Assembly: GCA_963790025.1 (NCBI GenBank)
Contig: CAWBMP010000005.1
Span: forward strand, 256,001 to 320,000
Reading direction: 5' to 3'
Source of the DNA: Nitrospirota bacterium
GTDB taxonomy: Bacteria; Nitrospirota; Thermodesulfovibrionia; Thermodesulfovibrionales; Dissulfurispiraceae
DNA length: 64,000 nucleotides
The notes beneath the pieces are model-generated. The model ran no database searches and was not told the origin of the DNA. It saw nothing but the letters and a program-made list of their open reading frames with translations. The position numbers and the translations under genes were made by a program. Of the stretch, positions 1 through 9,750 are shown in pieces (position 1 is the first letter of the stretch; each line of letters begins with the position of its first letter).

Positions 1-2063
1 GCGAGAGTGATATTCTTTACATTCCACATGTTTGGATTTGGCGTATGTTTTACATTGTCGGTAGCCAGAGACATAGTTACGAAATCGTTTGCAAACACGA
101 GCAGCGACATCCCGAGCAGAGAGAGCACAATGCCATGGAGCCAGAAGAAACTCAGGGTCAGCAGACCGACGAACTCTATAACTTTCGTAACCTTATTTAT
201 AACCCATGTCAGCATCCTCTGATAGGTCTGCCTGCTTATTGTTATCGCATTGATTATGACGCTTATACCAGGTTCGGTCAGGACTACGCTTGCAGACGCT
301 TTTGCCACGTCGGTCGCATTGCTCACTGCTATCCCCATCTCCGACTGTTTGAGGGCCGGCGCGTCGTTGACACCGTCTCCGGTCATCCCTACCATATGAC
401 CCCTGGACTGCAGGAGTGTCACAATTTTGTACTTCTCTTCCGGATAAATCTCTGCAAACCCGTCACCTTCTTCGACAACCTCCATCTGCCTATTCTCGCT
501 CAAGCCCTCAATATCTGCCATCCGGACGATGTTTCCGCCGATCCCCGCCTGGAGGGCTATCTCTTTAGCTATGGCCATGCTGTCGCCGGTAAGCATTATC
601 GGCTTTATTCCCAGCTTTCTTGCCTGTTCTATCATGCTTTTTGAGTCAGGCCTGAGAGGATCAGCCAGTGACAACAATCCTGCAAGTTCAAGATTATTCA
701 GGTCGGAGCCTGCGGATCGGGCTACTGCTATTGTTCTGTACCCTTTCCGGGAAAATTCTTCTATTATCCCGTTGGCCTTCTCCATGTCTTCTTTTTGGAT
801 ACCCCGGCACATGGATATAATTACCTGGACTGCGCCTTTAACAGCTCTAAAACGTTTTCCTTCGATTTCGATTATCGCCTCGGTCCTCTTAATCGATGGA
901 TTAAATGGGGTATAGGAAATGCACTTGTAGGATTTTAAATCCACCCTCATACTTTCCGCGTATCCAATAACCGCAAGGTCTATAATGTCCATTCCTTCCT
1001 GTTGTGAGGCCAGGGCGGCTGTGGTGACAACATCCTCCTCCATATACCCGGAAAGCGGTATGCTTTCGGAAACCGATAATTTATTCTGTGTTATAGTGCC
1101 TGTCTTATCCAGGCAGAGGATATCGATCGAGGCGGCGTCTTCGATCGAATCGAGTCTGGTCACAAGTGCCCCTTTTTTGGCAAGCTCCATTGCTCCGACG
1201 GACTGGACTATCGTAAGCACGGCCGGAAGGGCCACGGGGACTGCGCCCATAAGAAAGATTACAGCCAGGGTCAGTACAGTAACAATATGTTCTTCCAATC
1301 TCATAGTCGCACCGTATATCAAAATTAACATCAGTGCGGCTATACCCAGATACATCATATATCTGACTATAGCCATCATTACTTCCCCCTGGTGGGACTT
1401 CGGCTTTGCCTTTTTTATAAGCTCAGCTGTTTTGCCGAAGTATGTGTTTGCGCCGGTATTGACAACCGCACACCTTGCCTCGCCGCGCCTTACTACGGAA
1501 CTCGAGTAAATTATGTCCGCCTGATGTGTCTGCATGGGGAGGGATTCTCCGGTCAGCGCCGATTGATCAATGGAAAGTTCTCCGCTAATAATTTTGGCAT
1601 CAGCCGGCACGATATCTCCGAGTTTAACGGCGATGACGTCTCCGGGCACAAGTTCTTTGGCCTCTTTCATGACCCACTTCCCATTACGCAATACTTTAGC
1701 TTTGATCGCCAGCTTCTTCTTGAGGAGTTCGACCGCTTTTTGCGAACCGCGTGAATGGACGTGGCCGATAACGGCATTCACGGTCAGCAGCACAAAAATT
1801 ATTATGCCCTCAAGATAATGTCTCAATATAAGCGAAAGCCCCATTCCAAGCTCCAGCAGCCATGGCATAGGTCCCCAATAGCGCAGCAGAAAATCAAGAA
1901 GGGCATTCTTCTTTTTCTCCACTATTTCGTTATACCCGAAAACCTCAAGGCGTTTCACGGCATCGGACCCTGCAAGCCCGTCTTTGGAAGTCCCAAGGAT
2001 ATTCAGAGACTCTTCAATCGAGACAGTCTTGTATTCAGATGTGTTTCTGACTCTTTGATCCAT
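1..2063 (-). CDS. Plasma-membrane proton-efflux P-type ATPase (P3A), 3' end beyond the window
   Basis: Missing from the ORF track because there is no stop in the window. Manual minus-strand translation: MDQRVRNTSEY...RYWGPMPWLLE, LCLDKTGTITQN phosphorylation site (~1085-1120), VGMTGDGVNDAPAL (~350-393); GAGGAG RBS before ATG at 2063. Confidence 0.88.
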   Translation of the reverse strand, partial: MDQRVRNTSEYKTVSIEESLNILGTSKDGLAGSDAVKRLEVFGYNEIVEKKKNALLDFLLRYWGPMPWLLELGMGLSLILRHYLEGIIIFVLLTVNAVIGHVHSRGSQKAVELLKKKLAIKAKVLRNGKWVMKEAKELVPGDVIAVKLGDIVPADAKIISGELSIDQSALTGESLPMQTHQADIIYSSSVVRRGEARCAVVNTGANTYFGKTAELIKKAKPKSHQGEVMMAIVRYMMYLGIAALMLILIYGATMRLEEHIVTVLTLAVIFLMGAVPVALPAVLTIVQSVGAMELAKKGALVTRLDSIEDAASIDILCLDKTGTITQNKLSVSESIPLSGYMEEDVVTTAALASQQEGMDIIDLAVIGYAESMRVDLKSYKCISYTPFNPSIKRTEAIIEIEGKRFRAVKGAVQVIISMCRGIQKEDMEKANGIIEEFSRKGYRTIAVARSAGSDLNNLELAGLLSLADPLRPDSKSMIEQARKLGIKPIMLTGDSMAIAKEIALQAGIGGNIVRMADIEGLSENRQMEVVEEGDGFAEIYPEEKYKIVTLLQSRGHMVGMTGDGVNDAPALKQSEMGIAVSNATDVAKASASVVLTEPGISVIINAITISRQTYQRMLTWVINKVTKVIEFVGLLTLSFFWLHGIVLSLLGMSLLVFANDFVTMSLATDNVKHTPNPNMWNVKNITL

Positions 2064-2371
2064 TAAAGGCTCCTCGTTCAACAATGCTCCAAAGCATTTT
2101 ATTCATCTCCTTATATTCAGAGTGTACCACCGCTACGCTAATTTTTACAGTCATCGGACAAAATTACCGGCGCGGCACAAAAAGGCCGGTGATATCACAT
2201 TTCCGGGCTGTCAGACTTGACATTGGCTTTTAAGCTGATAACATTTATTAATGGCAAGGCGGGCGGCAGAAATCGCTGATAACTGCGCGAGATGTCACCG
2301 GCAGTTTCAAATATAGTCAACCGCAGCGGCTTCTTTTTGAAAATTATATTTTAACATTGGAGGAGGTATTT

Positions 2372-3802
2372 ATGAAAAGAGTAAGCGGAGCAAAGACTGT
2401 CTTAACCATTTTATCGGTAATGATTATCGGCAGTTTTTTGATTTCTCTTACAGCCTGTGAAAAAAATCACGGTGGTGATAAGGTAATTGGCTTTCCGCAA
2501 TCGTTTGCGGACCTCGCACAGCGGGTAGAACCGGCGGTTGTAAATATCAGCACTACATCCACTGTAAAAGTCCCGGGCAACCCATTCAGACAATTTTTCG
2601 GACCTGACCAGGGAAGCCCTTTTGGAGATTTTTTTCACAACTATTTCGGCGATATTCCCGACAGGACCCTGAAGCAGCAGAGCCTGGGTTCGGGGTTTAT
2701 AATCGATAAGGAAGGCTATATCATAACAAACAATCATGTTGTGGAGGATGCAGAGGAAATAAAGGTCAAACTCACCGATGGAAGGGAATTCAAGGCAAAG
2801 GTCATTGGGAAGGACCGTAAGACAGATCTTGCCTTGATCAAGATTTCATCTATATTCAAGGAACTCCCGACTATTTCTCTTGGAGATTCGGACGCGATTA
2901 GAGTTGGTGACTGGGTGCTTGCAGTAGGAAATCCTTTTGGACTCGAACACACTGTTACTCAGGGGATAATCAGCGCTACCGGCAGAGTAATAGGTGCAGG
3001 TCCATATGACAATTTTCTCCAGACTGATGCCCCTATCAACCCGGGAAACAGCGGAGGACCCCTGATCAACCTGAGGGGGGAAGTTATCGGAATCAATACC
3101 GCTATAATACAGAGCGGGCAGGGTATAGGCTTTTCCATCCCCGCCAAGATGGCCAGGGAGATAATCCCCCAGCTTAAAGCAAAAGGAAAGGTGGTAAGGG
3201 GATGGATAGGGGTATCAGTCCAAACTATAACGCCTGATTTATCACAGTCATTAGGTTTGCCGAGTACAAACGGTGCGCTCGTTGCAGATGTGGTGCCTGG
3301 CGGTCCCGCCGATTCTGCCGGCATCAAACAAGGTGATGTCATTGTCACCTTTGACGGGAAAGAGATCAAAAACAATTCAGATCTTTCTTTTGACGTTGCC
3401 GCAACGGAGATTGGAAAAACTGTCCCGGTGACGGTGCGAAGGAACTTAAAAGAGGTGACACTCAAGCTGACTGTAGCCGAAATGTCGGCCCAACAGGTCG
3501 CTTCTCAGATCCCTGTTCCACAGCGGATCGGGATGGCAGTAAATAATATAACTCCGGAATTAAAGAAAGAATTCGACATTAGAGAATCTAAAGGCGTTGT
3601 TGTAGTGTCCGTTGATCCAGGAAGTCCCGCAGACGATGCGGGCATTCAACCTGGTGATGTAATCAGGGAAGTGAACCGCATGCCGGTCAAGGATAATAGA
3701 GATTACGAAAGGGCAATGACCAAAACGGCGAAAGGCAACCAAAGCCTTTTACTAATTAAAAGAGGGGGACAGAATTTTTATGTTTCGCTTAGTGTCTCGT
3801 GA
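2372..3802 (+). CDS. DegP/HtrA (Do) family serine protease with two PDZ domains
   Basis: TNNHV, DLAL and PGNSGGPL catalytic motifs; two PDZ repeats; lipoprotein-like signal (LTAC); GGAGG RBS before ATG 2372. Confidence 0.95.
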   Translation: MKRVSGAKTVLTILSVMIIGSFLISLTACEKNHGGDKVIGFPQSFADLAQRVEPAVVNISTTSTVKVPGNPFRQFFGPDQGSPFGDFFHNYFGDIPDRTLKQQSLGSGFIIDKEGYIITNNHVVEDAEEIKVKLTDGREFKAKVIGKDRKTDLALIKISSIFKELPTISLGDSDAIRVGDWVLAVGNPFGLEHTVTQGIISATGRVIGAGPYDNFLQTDAPINPGNSGGPLINLRGEVIGINTAIIQSGQGIGFSIPAKMAREIIPQLKAKGKVVRGWIGVSVQTITPDLSQSLGLPSTNGALVADVVPGGPADSAGIKQGDVIVTFDGKEIKNNSDLSFDVAATEIGKTVPVTVRRNLKEVTLKLTVAEMSAQQVASQIPVPQRIGMAVNNITPELKKEFDIRESKGVVVVSVDPGSPADDAGIQPGDVIREVNRMPVKDNRDYERAMTKTAKGNQSLLLIKRGGQNFYVSLSVS

Positions 3803-3833
3803 AACTGAGATCGCCGAAGGACAATAGTGAAAA

Positions 3834-3855
3834 GGCGCCGCAAACTCGCGGCGCC
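3834..3855. terminator. Hairpin between convergent genes, likely terminator
   Basis: GGCGCCGC-aaactc-GCGGCGCC, 8-bp stem. Confidence 0.55.
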
Positions 3856-3896
3856 CGCTCTTCAGGCTGAATCAATCTCCCCAACTATCTCTTGTT

Positions 3897-4460
3897 TCAC
3901 TGAAGATTGCAAGCGATAATGGGAGCTGAACTGTCAGCCAATTTGGCAATATACATGCCACCTCTCTCCTGGTACCTTATGTTCACCTGATCACCAACCT
4001 TAATGTGATGGAAATCAGTGTTCATATTGCACGCCAATACAGTTGATGATGAGAATCCGCCCTCACTTGCATATTGCATCATGGAATCATCTCGCACCAG
4101 CGATGGAGATACGGATGGTCCGAGAGCACTCAGAGTCAGCGTGTCTGCATGCTTGTTAATAGCCACGACCTCACCTGCAAATGAACCGCCGCTTTTCACA
4201 GCACCACTAAATGCCGGTGCCAAATTATCATCTCTTGCAATCAGTGGCGATACGGCCGGCGAAATTGAAGATACAGCTGTGCCTGTCTCTCCAAATGTCC
4301 CTTTCTGGAAAATCCCGATTGTGGGTGAAAAGTAATCATCGTTCACAATCTTTGGTGATACCAGGGGCCCGCCTCCCCACATGTAGTTTCCGGCAAAGGC
4401 GACACTCAGAAAAGACAGTGCGAAAAACACTGCTAGTACCACTGTAAACATCCTTCTCAT
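3897..4460 (-). CDS. Secreted hypothetical protein with three internal SPxxxxDD repeats
   Basis: Signal peptide MRRMFTVVLAVFFALSFLSVAFA; GGAGGTG RBS; repeats PLVSPKIVNDD, PAVSPLIARDD, PSVSPSLVRDD. Confidence 0.7.
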   Translation of the reverse strand: MRRMFTVVLAVFFALSFLSVAFAGNYMWGGGPLVSPKIVNDDYFSPTIGIFQKGTFGETGTAVSSISPAVSPLIARDDNLAPAFSGAVKSGGSFAGEVVAINKHADTLTLSALGPSVSPSLVRDDSMMQYASEGGFSSSTVLACNMNTDFHHIKVGDQVNIRYQERGGMYIAKLADSSAPIIACNLQ

Positions 4461-4766
4461 TTAATCTCACCTCCCGATGAGGATTTACAACCACTTCCCC
4501 TTCCTCTTTCACAAAAGGTTTGGGTTACCGGTACTTCCTGTTTCTGATAATAGTATACCAATTTCATCCTGTTTCTGCAATTAGGATATTCCTAAAGGGA
4601 AAGATGCAACCGGCGGGGACAGTGCTATTTTCAATATTTCTTAGTGAAATTGACAAGAAAGATCGTATACTATAAGTTAAAACAATGTCGGCTACAGTCA
4701 GGCATAGTAAAACCTGATAAGGAGGCGTATTGGCAGGTATATGCAACATGCCAATATGATATAAAA

Positions 4767-6296
4767 ATGGGCCTTTACGATATGACGTTTTACGATGTGG
4801 TTTGCCGGAACGCGGTATGCCATAAAAACAGACCTGCCTGGTTCGAGGTTGATGATGGCAGGGAGCTGACGTTTGCCCAATATAAGGAACTGGTCGACTG
4901 CCTTGCATGCGGTCTTCAGAAACTCGGTGTCCGGCAGAATGACCGCATTGGTGTTCTGGCAAAAAATAGTCTGGAATTCTTTCTCCTGTACGGAGCAGCC
5001 GGAGCGATCGGGGCCATTATGCTGCCGGTCAATTGCAGACTTTCCGCCAACGAGATCGCATTCAACCTGAATGACTGCAAACCAGGGACCATTTTTGCCG
5101 ATCCCGAATACCAGGCCACTATAAATGAATGCCGGGACAAACTTCCGATGGTGAAGACGTTTTGCAGCCTCAAATCCGGATCGGAGGGTTTTGAGGATAT
5201 CAAGACCCTGCTGGCAAATGACGGTGTTTTTACCAGGGCAGATGTTTCTTCAACTGATGGGCTGGTGATTATTCATACCGCGGCCATTGCCGGAAGACCC
5301 AGAGGCGCTTTCCTCAGTCATGAGAACGTGCTGTGTTCGAACATGCACTTCAAAGACTGTCTGAAAATAACTCCCGCGGACGTGCATCTGAACCTTCTTC
5401 CCATGTTTCACGTCGCCGGACTTTTAACCGCGACCAGCGCGTTCCATGCAGGCGCCCTTAATGTGAACATGAGTAAATTCGATGCCGTGAAAGCTGTGGA
5501 CCTTATCGAGGAAAAGAAAGTCTCATTCCTTTTCGACTTCACGCCCATACTTTCCAACATTCTGGTCCAGCAGGCGAAATCGGGGAAAGACATTCGTGCG
5601 CTCAGGGCCGTGATCGGGCTGGATGTGCCCGAAACTATAGAGAAATACCAGGATATATCCGGCGGAACGTTTTACTGCTTCTACGGACAGACAGAGACAT
5701 CGTGCCTGGCAACAGTCGGTCCTTATAACGATCGCCCGGGCTCTGCAGGACAACCCATCCTGCTTGGAGACGTGCGTTTGGTGGATGATGATGACAACCC
5801 TGTCCCTTCAGGACAATCCGGGGAAATTATACTGCGGGGTCCCATGGTCTTTCGAGGTTATTGGAACCTGCCGGATGACAACGCTTATACCTTCCGCAAC
5901 GGATGGCACCATACCGGAGACATCGGCCGCTTTGATGAAGAAGGCTTTTTATGGTATGTGGGGCGCAAAGCCGAGAAAGAGCTTATCAAGCCGGGTGGAG
6001 AAAACGTCTATCCCGCTGAAGTGGAAAATGCCGTGCTGCAACATCCGGCTGTGGAGAAATGCGTGGTGATCGGAGTTCCCGATCCCAAATGGAAGGAAGG
6101 GATTAAGGCAGTGTGCCAGTTAAAAACGGGAATGGGCCTGACCGCTGAGGAATTGGTCAAATTCGTCGCTTCGAGAATTGCCAGCTATAAGAAGCCTCAG
6201 TATGTGCAGTTCATACCCGAAATTCCGCTGCTCAGCGACGGCACTCCGGACCGGCCCAAAGTAAAAGAATTATATGGCGGCGAGCAGAACAGATGA
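4767..6296 (+). CDS. AMP-binding acyl-CoA synthetase/ligase
   Basis: YGQTE, WHHTGD, IKPGGENVYPAEVE, YKKP motifs; start placed at MGLYD (4767) rather than 4644. Confidence 0.9.
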   Translation: MGLYDMTFYDVVCRNAVCHKNRPAWFEVDDGRELTFAQYKELVDCLACGLQKLGVRQNDRIGVLAKNSLEFFLLYGAAGAIGAIMLPVNCRLSANEIAFNLNDCKPGTIFADPEYQATINECRDKLPMVKTFCSLKSGSEGFEDIKTLLANDGVFTRADVSSTDGLVIIHTAAIAGRPRGAFLSHENVLCSNMHFKDCLKITPADVHLNLLPMFHVAGLLTATSAFHAGALNVNMSKFDAVKAVDLIEEKKVSFLFDFTPILSNILVQQAKSGKDIRALRAVIGLDVPETIEKYQDISGGTFYCFYGQTETSCLATVGPYNDRPGSAGQPILLGDVRLVDDDDNPVPSGQSGEIILRGPMVFRGYWNLPDDNAYTFRNGWHHTGDIGRFDEEGFLWYVGRKAEKELIKPGGENVYPAEVENAVLQHPAVEKCVVIGVPDPKWKEGIKAVCQLKTGMGLTAEELVKFVASRIASYKKPQYVQFIPEIPLLSDGTPDRPKVKELYGGEQNR

Positions 6297-6320
6297 TATC
6301 AAATAGTAAAGGGGGGATAT

Positions 6321-7346
6321 ATGAATTTAGCTGAGCTAAGGGAAAACGCAAAAGAAAAGCTGAAAGGCTATTGCCGGGTGTGCCCTGTTTGTAATGGCAG
6401 GGTATGCGCAGGAGAAGTGCCGGGCATGGGAGGCGCAGGAACAGGGAGCGCCTTTATCGGTAACCTGGAGGCCCTGGCTAAATACCGTTTTAATATGCGG
6501 ACTATTCATGAGGTTAAAACAGTAGATACTTCAATAGACCTGTGGGGAAATAAACTCTCCATCCCTGTTTTAGCCGCGCCCATTACAGGGACAACCTATA
6601 ACATGGGCGGTAAAATCACAGAAGAAGATTTTATCGAGGCAATGATAGCAGGTTCCCTGGCGGCCGGCACTCTGGGTATGACAGGCGACGCTGCCGACCC
6701 TGCACTGTGGAAGAGTTCCATGCAGGCCATCGCATCAAACAAGGGTAAGGCAATTGCAATCATCAAGCCGAGAGAGCAGAAAGAAATTATCAGCCGCATC
6801 CGGGATGCGGAAAAGGCCGGGGCGTCAGCGGTTGGTATGGACATTGACGGGGCCGGATTAATCACAATGGCGTTAAAAGGCCAGCCGGTGAGTCCTAAAA
6901 CTCCCAAGGAAATAAGGGAAGTGATATCAGCAACGAAGTTACCCTTTATTCTGAAAGGCATCATGACACCCATCGAGGCTGAACTGGCCATGGAAGCCGG
7001 AGCAGCGGCTATCGTCGTCTCAAACCACGGAGGACGGGTGCTTGATCATACGCCGGGGACAGCAGATGTCCTGCCTGACATTGCGGAGCGGGTAAAAGGC
7101 AAGTTAATTATTTTTGTGGACGGGGGTGTGCGTACCGGTGCGGACGTGCTGAAACTTATGGCACTGGGGGCCGATGCCGTTCTCGTCGGCAGACCATTGG
7201 TAGTGGGAGCTTTTGGCCTCGGTCCGGACGGAGTGACATTTCTTATAAATAAAATGAAGGATGAGCTTGTCCAGGCCATGCTGCTGACAGGGACCTCCGA
7301 CGTAAAGCATGTCAAAAAAGATATTTTATATGGTAATAGCGCATAA
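6321..7346 (+). CDS. FMN-dependent alpha-hydroxy-acid oxidase/dehydrogenase with N-terminal Cys cluster
   Basis: LKGI, VSNHGGR, DGGVRTG, GRP motifs; N-terminal CxxCxxCxxxxC. Confidence 0.9.
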   Translation: MNLAELRENAKEKLKGYCRVCPVCNGRVCAGEVPGMGGAGTGSAFIGNLEALAKYRFNMRTIHEVKTVDTSIDLWGNKLSIPVLAAPITGTTYNMGGKITEEDFIEAMIAGSLAAGTLGMTGDAADPALWKSSMQAIASNKGKAIAIIKPREQKEIISRIRDAEKAGASAVGMDIDGAGLITMALKGQPVSPKTPKEIREVISATKLPFILKGIMTPIEAELAMEAGAAAIVVSNHGGRVLDHTPGTADVLPDIAERVKGKLIIFVDGGVRTGADVLKLMALGADAVLVGRPLVVGAFGLGPDGVTFLINKMKDELVQAMLLTGTSDVKHVKKDILYGNSA

Positions 7347-7354
7347 CAGCTTCC

Positions 7355-8281
7355 ATGCATGAGATATTTTTTTCGTTTACCCTCATTGTTTGCGCCGGAG
7401 TTCTTTTCCGGCGCTTGAGGGTGGGCGGTCCCGATGCCGACTCGGTGCGCCTTGCGATTAACGCCTCCGTATTCAACCTGTTCCTGCCTGCCCTGTGTAT
7501 AAAGACGGTCTATTCATCAGGGATAGATATTGATACCATGCTGGTGCCCGTAACTGCCGGGCTTACAACCATCATTATAATGCTGATTTCCCTCGCTGCT
7601 TATTCTGTCCTGGAGAAAAGAATGAATATAGCCAAACCGGAAAAGGGCGTCCTGGTAATCTCAGCCACATTCGGCAATGTGGTTTACCTCGGACTCCCTG
7701 TTATCACGGGGCTTTACGGAGACGGGGCGGCAAAATATGCGCTCTTTTACGACCTCTTTGCCGCAACCCCTTTGCTATGGCTTCTGGGCGCATCACTGGC
7801 TTCGAGATATGGGAGAAGCGAGAAAATTGCGACCAGGGACTCTCTTAAAATAATAGCGTCCCTGCCGCCTATATGGGGATTGCTTGCCGGGATGGCAATT
7901 AAAGCGGCAGGAATCGGGCTTCCTGCATTTATTGTAAAAACCCTCGATATGCTTGGCGGCCTTGTCATACCACTGATGGTTTTCAGTATCGGGCTGGCTC
8001 TCACCCTGCCGAAAGTTAAACATGCTTCTCTCATCGTTCCAGCCGTGATAATTAAACTTGCCGTGGCCCCGTTCATCGCTTTTACGATAGCGAACCTCCT
8101 CGGCATGAAAGGGGACGCCCTCTCATCCTGCCTTATCGAAGGGGCTATGCCCACCATGGTCTTGTCCCTTCTGATCGCATCGCGGTTCGGGCTCGACACA
8201 TCACTGGCAGGCTTTGTAATTGTCGTTACCACAGTGTTATCGTTCTTCACCCTGCCTGTAGCCGTATCCTTGACCAGATAA
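7355..8281 (+). CDS. AEC (auxin efflux carrier) family permease
   Basis: About 10 TM segments; FGNVVYLGLP and EGAMPT motifs. Confidence 0.85.
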   Translation: MHEIFFSFTLIVCAGVLFRRLRVGGPDADSVRLAINASVFNLFLPALCIKTVYSSGIDIDTMLVPVTAGLTTIIIMLISLAAYSVLEKRMNIAKPEKGVLVISATFGNVVYLGLPVITGLYGDGAAKYALFYDLFAATPLLWLLGASLASRYGRSEKIATRDSLKIIASLPPIWGLLAGMAIKAAGIGLPAFIVKTLDMLGGLVIPLMVFSIGLALTLPKVKHASLIVPAVIIKLAVAPFIAFTIANLLGMKGDALSSCLIEGAMPTMVLSLLIASRFGLDTSLAGFVIVVTTVLSFFTLPVAVSLTR

Positions 8282-8294
8282 GAAGATAAGAGCC

Positions 8295-8690
8295 TTACTT
8301 GACCCGGTTGTCTTCATCTCCGGCACCGGATTGTAAGTCGGATGGCGAGTGCCTGGCAACAAAGAAAAACCCAAAGGAAATGAAAATGCTGATACAGGCC
8401 ACTGTGTATGCGAGTGATTTCCCATGCCATAACCCGACAAACCATTCCCTTAACTCATCCGCAAGCACATTAGCCTTTCCGCCATAAAGTTCTAAATCAT
8501 GTTTATACATCTTGGAATTCTCAGGCATAATCTGATAAACATTTCCACCTTCTACTGCATAACCCAGAACACTGTCCGAACCATTCCCGGCTGTCAGATA
8601 AAGCAAGAGGGCACTGCCCAAGCCAACCAGCAGGATAATGAGGCTGAAAAGGTAAAGGCGTGTTTGCAGATTTGTGGTTTTCCATTTCAT
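8295..8690 (-). CDS. Hypothetical two-TM membrane protein
   Basis: 131-aa ORF with N- and C-terminal hydrophobic segments; GGAGG upstream. Confidence 0.65.
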   Translation of the reverse strand: MKWKTTNLQTRLYLFSLIILLVGLGSALLLYLTAGNGSDSVLGYAVEGGNVYQIMPENSKMYKHDLELYGGKANVLADELREWFVGLWHGKSLAYTVACISIFISFGFFFVARHSPSDLQSGAGDEDNRVK

Positions 8691-8795
8691 GGTATGCCTT
8701 TTCCTCCCCGGGCTTCCGTCACCATATTCTTATTATATCCATAATAGAGCACGATCTGAATTAAAGTAAAGAAGCATCATTTTCCTGCGGTCCAT

Positions 8796-8900
8796 TTTTG
8801 CAGTTATGCAAAAGAAACGTCCCCTTTTGCAATTATGCCAAAGATTGATGGATTAAACCCTTTGAAAATCAACCCATTCATCATTGGCATGAGGAATGCA
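8796..8900 (+). promoter_or_regulatory. Sigma-54 promoter with two upstream palindromic activator sites and an IHF-like site
   Basis: TGGCATGAGGAATGCA (GG-N10-GC) at 8885-8900; TTTTGCA-N4-TGCAAAA at 8796-8813; TTTTGCA-N4-TGCCAAA at 8825-8842; AATCAAcccaTTC at 8867-8879. Confidence 0.75.
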
Positions 8901-8949
8901 TATATAAAGGTAAGATGCAGACAAGAGTACAAGAAGGAGGTACAAAGAG

Positions 8950-9276
8950 ATGAAAAAGGGTGAGATGGCAAAAAAGGGATTATATACCGGAGCAGGAGCA
9001 GGATTGGTCTTATTTGCACTAATGGGGTTGCTGCCCGGGTCATTTATAGGCGGCGTCATCGGGATCAACATAGCGGGCAGTATTTTTGGGCTGCCACTGG
9101 AAGCAACGGTGCTGCCGAGGATCATAGTTGGAGCATCTATGGTAATGGGAGTGATGCTGGCCGGGGTGGTATTTGTTGTGGGCAGTGCATTGATCGCCTG
9201 GCTCGTAGGTCATGCTGTTGATGTTGTCAGGGAAGGCAGGACCGTTGTCGTGGAACATACAATTAAAAGCAAATAA
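8950..9276 (+). CDS. Small Gly-rich membrane protein, paralog 1
   Basis: AGGAGG RBS; MAKKGLYTGAGAGLVLFALMGLLPGSFIGG; 2-3 TM segments. Confidence 0.8.
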   Translation: MKKGEMAKKGLYTGAGAGLVLFALMGLLPGSFIGGVIGINIAGSIFGLPLEATVLPRIIVGASMVMGVMLAGVVFVVGSALIAWLVGHAVDVVREGRTVVVEHTIKSK

Positions 9277-9308
9277 TAAAATACAATACAATAAAGGAGG
9301 AAAATAAA

Positions 9309-9656
9309 ATGTCAACCAACAGCAGGCACGGAAGCGAGAATGAGATGGCAAAAAAGGGATTGTATATAGGTACAGGAATGGGACTGATACTGTTTGTCCT
9401 GGTGGGGCTGCTTCCGGGAATATTTATCGGGGGCATGGGCGGATTGAAGATCGGGGAGATACTGTTCGGGGCCGTAACAGCCGGGGCGATAATGCCGAGA
9501 CTGATTGTTGCTTTTTCCATGATACTGGGGCTGCTTATGTCGGCGGTTGTTTTTATCGTCGGGTCCGGAGTGCTGGGCTGGACAGTGGGTTTTATAGCAG
9601 ATGCGGTCAAGACCAGCAAGGTTACGGTGACAGAGACTTCGGAAAAGAATGCCTGA
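9309..9656 (+). CDS. Small Gly-rich membrane protein, paralog 2
   Basis: AAGGAGG RBS; MAKKGLYIGTGMGLILFVLVGLLPGIFIGG, clearly paralogous to 8950..9276. Confidence 0.8.
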   Translation: MSTNSRHGSENEMAKKGLYIGTGMGLILFVLVGLLPGIFIGGMGGLKIGEILFGAVTAGAIMPRLIVAFSMILGLLMSAVVFIVGSGVLGWTVGFIADAVKTSKVTVTETSEKNA

Positions 9657-9717
9657 ATAGTATAAAGCAAAATAAAGTACTCGTTGCCATGAGCTTGAAA
9701 CGGGTATCTCCAACAGA

Positions 9718-9745
9718 GACCTTCCGGGCTGAAGCCCGGAAGGTC
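9718..9745. terminator. Hairpin between convergent genes, likely bidirectional terminator
   Basis: GACCTTCCGGGC-tgaa-GCCCGGAAGGTC, 12-bp perfect stem. Confidence 0.7.
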
Positions 9746-9750
9746 CATTA

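Noticed and set aside
7..2066. Several plus-strand ORFs of 70-200 aa
   Set aside because: Antisense shadows of the minus-strand P-type ATPase.
4644..4766. N-terminal extension of the acyl-CoA ligase
   Set aside because: Overlaps a TTGACA promoter-like region and looks non-homologous; the ATG at 4767 is more plausible.
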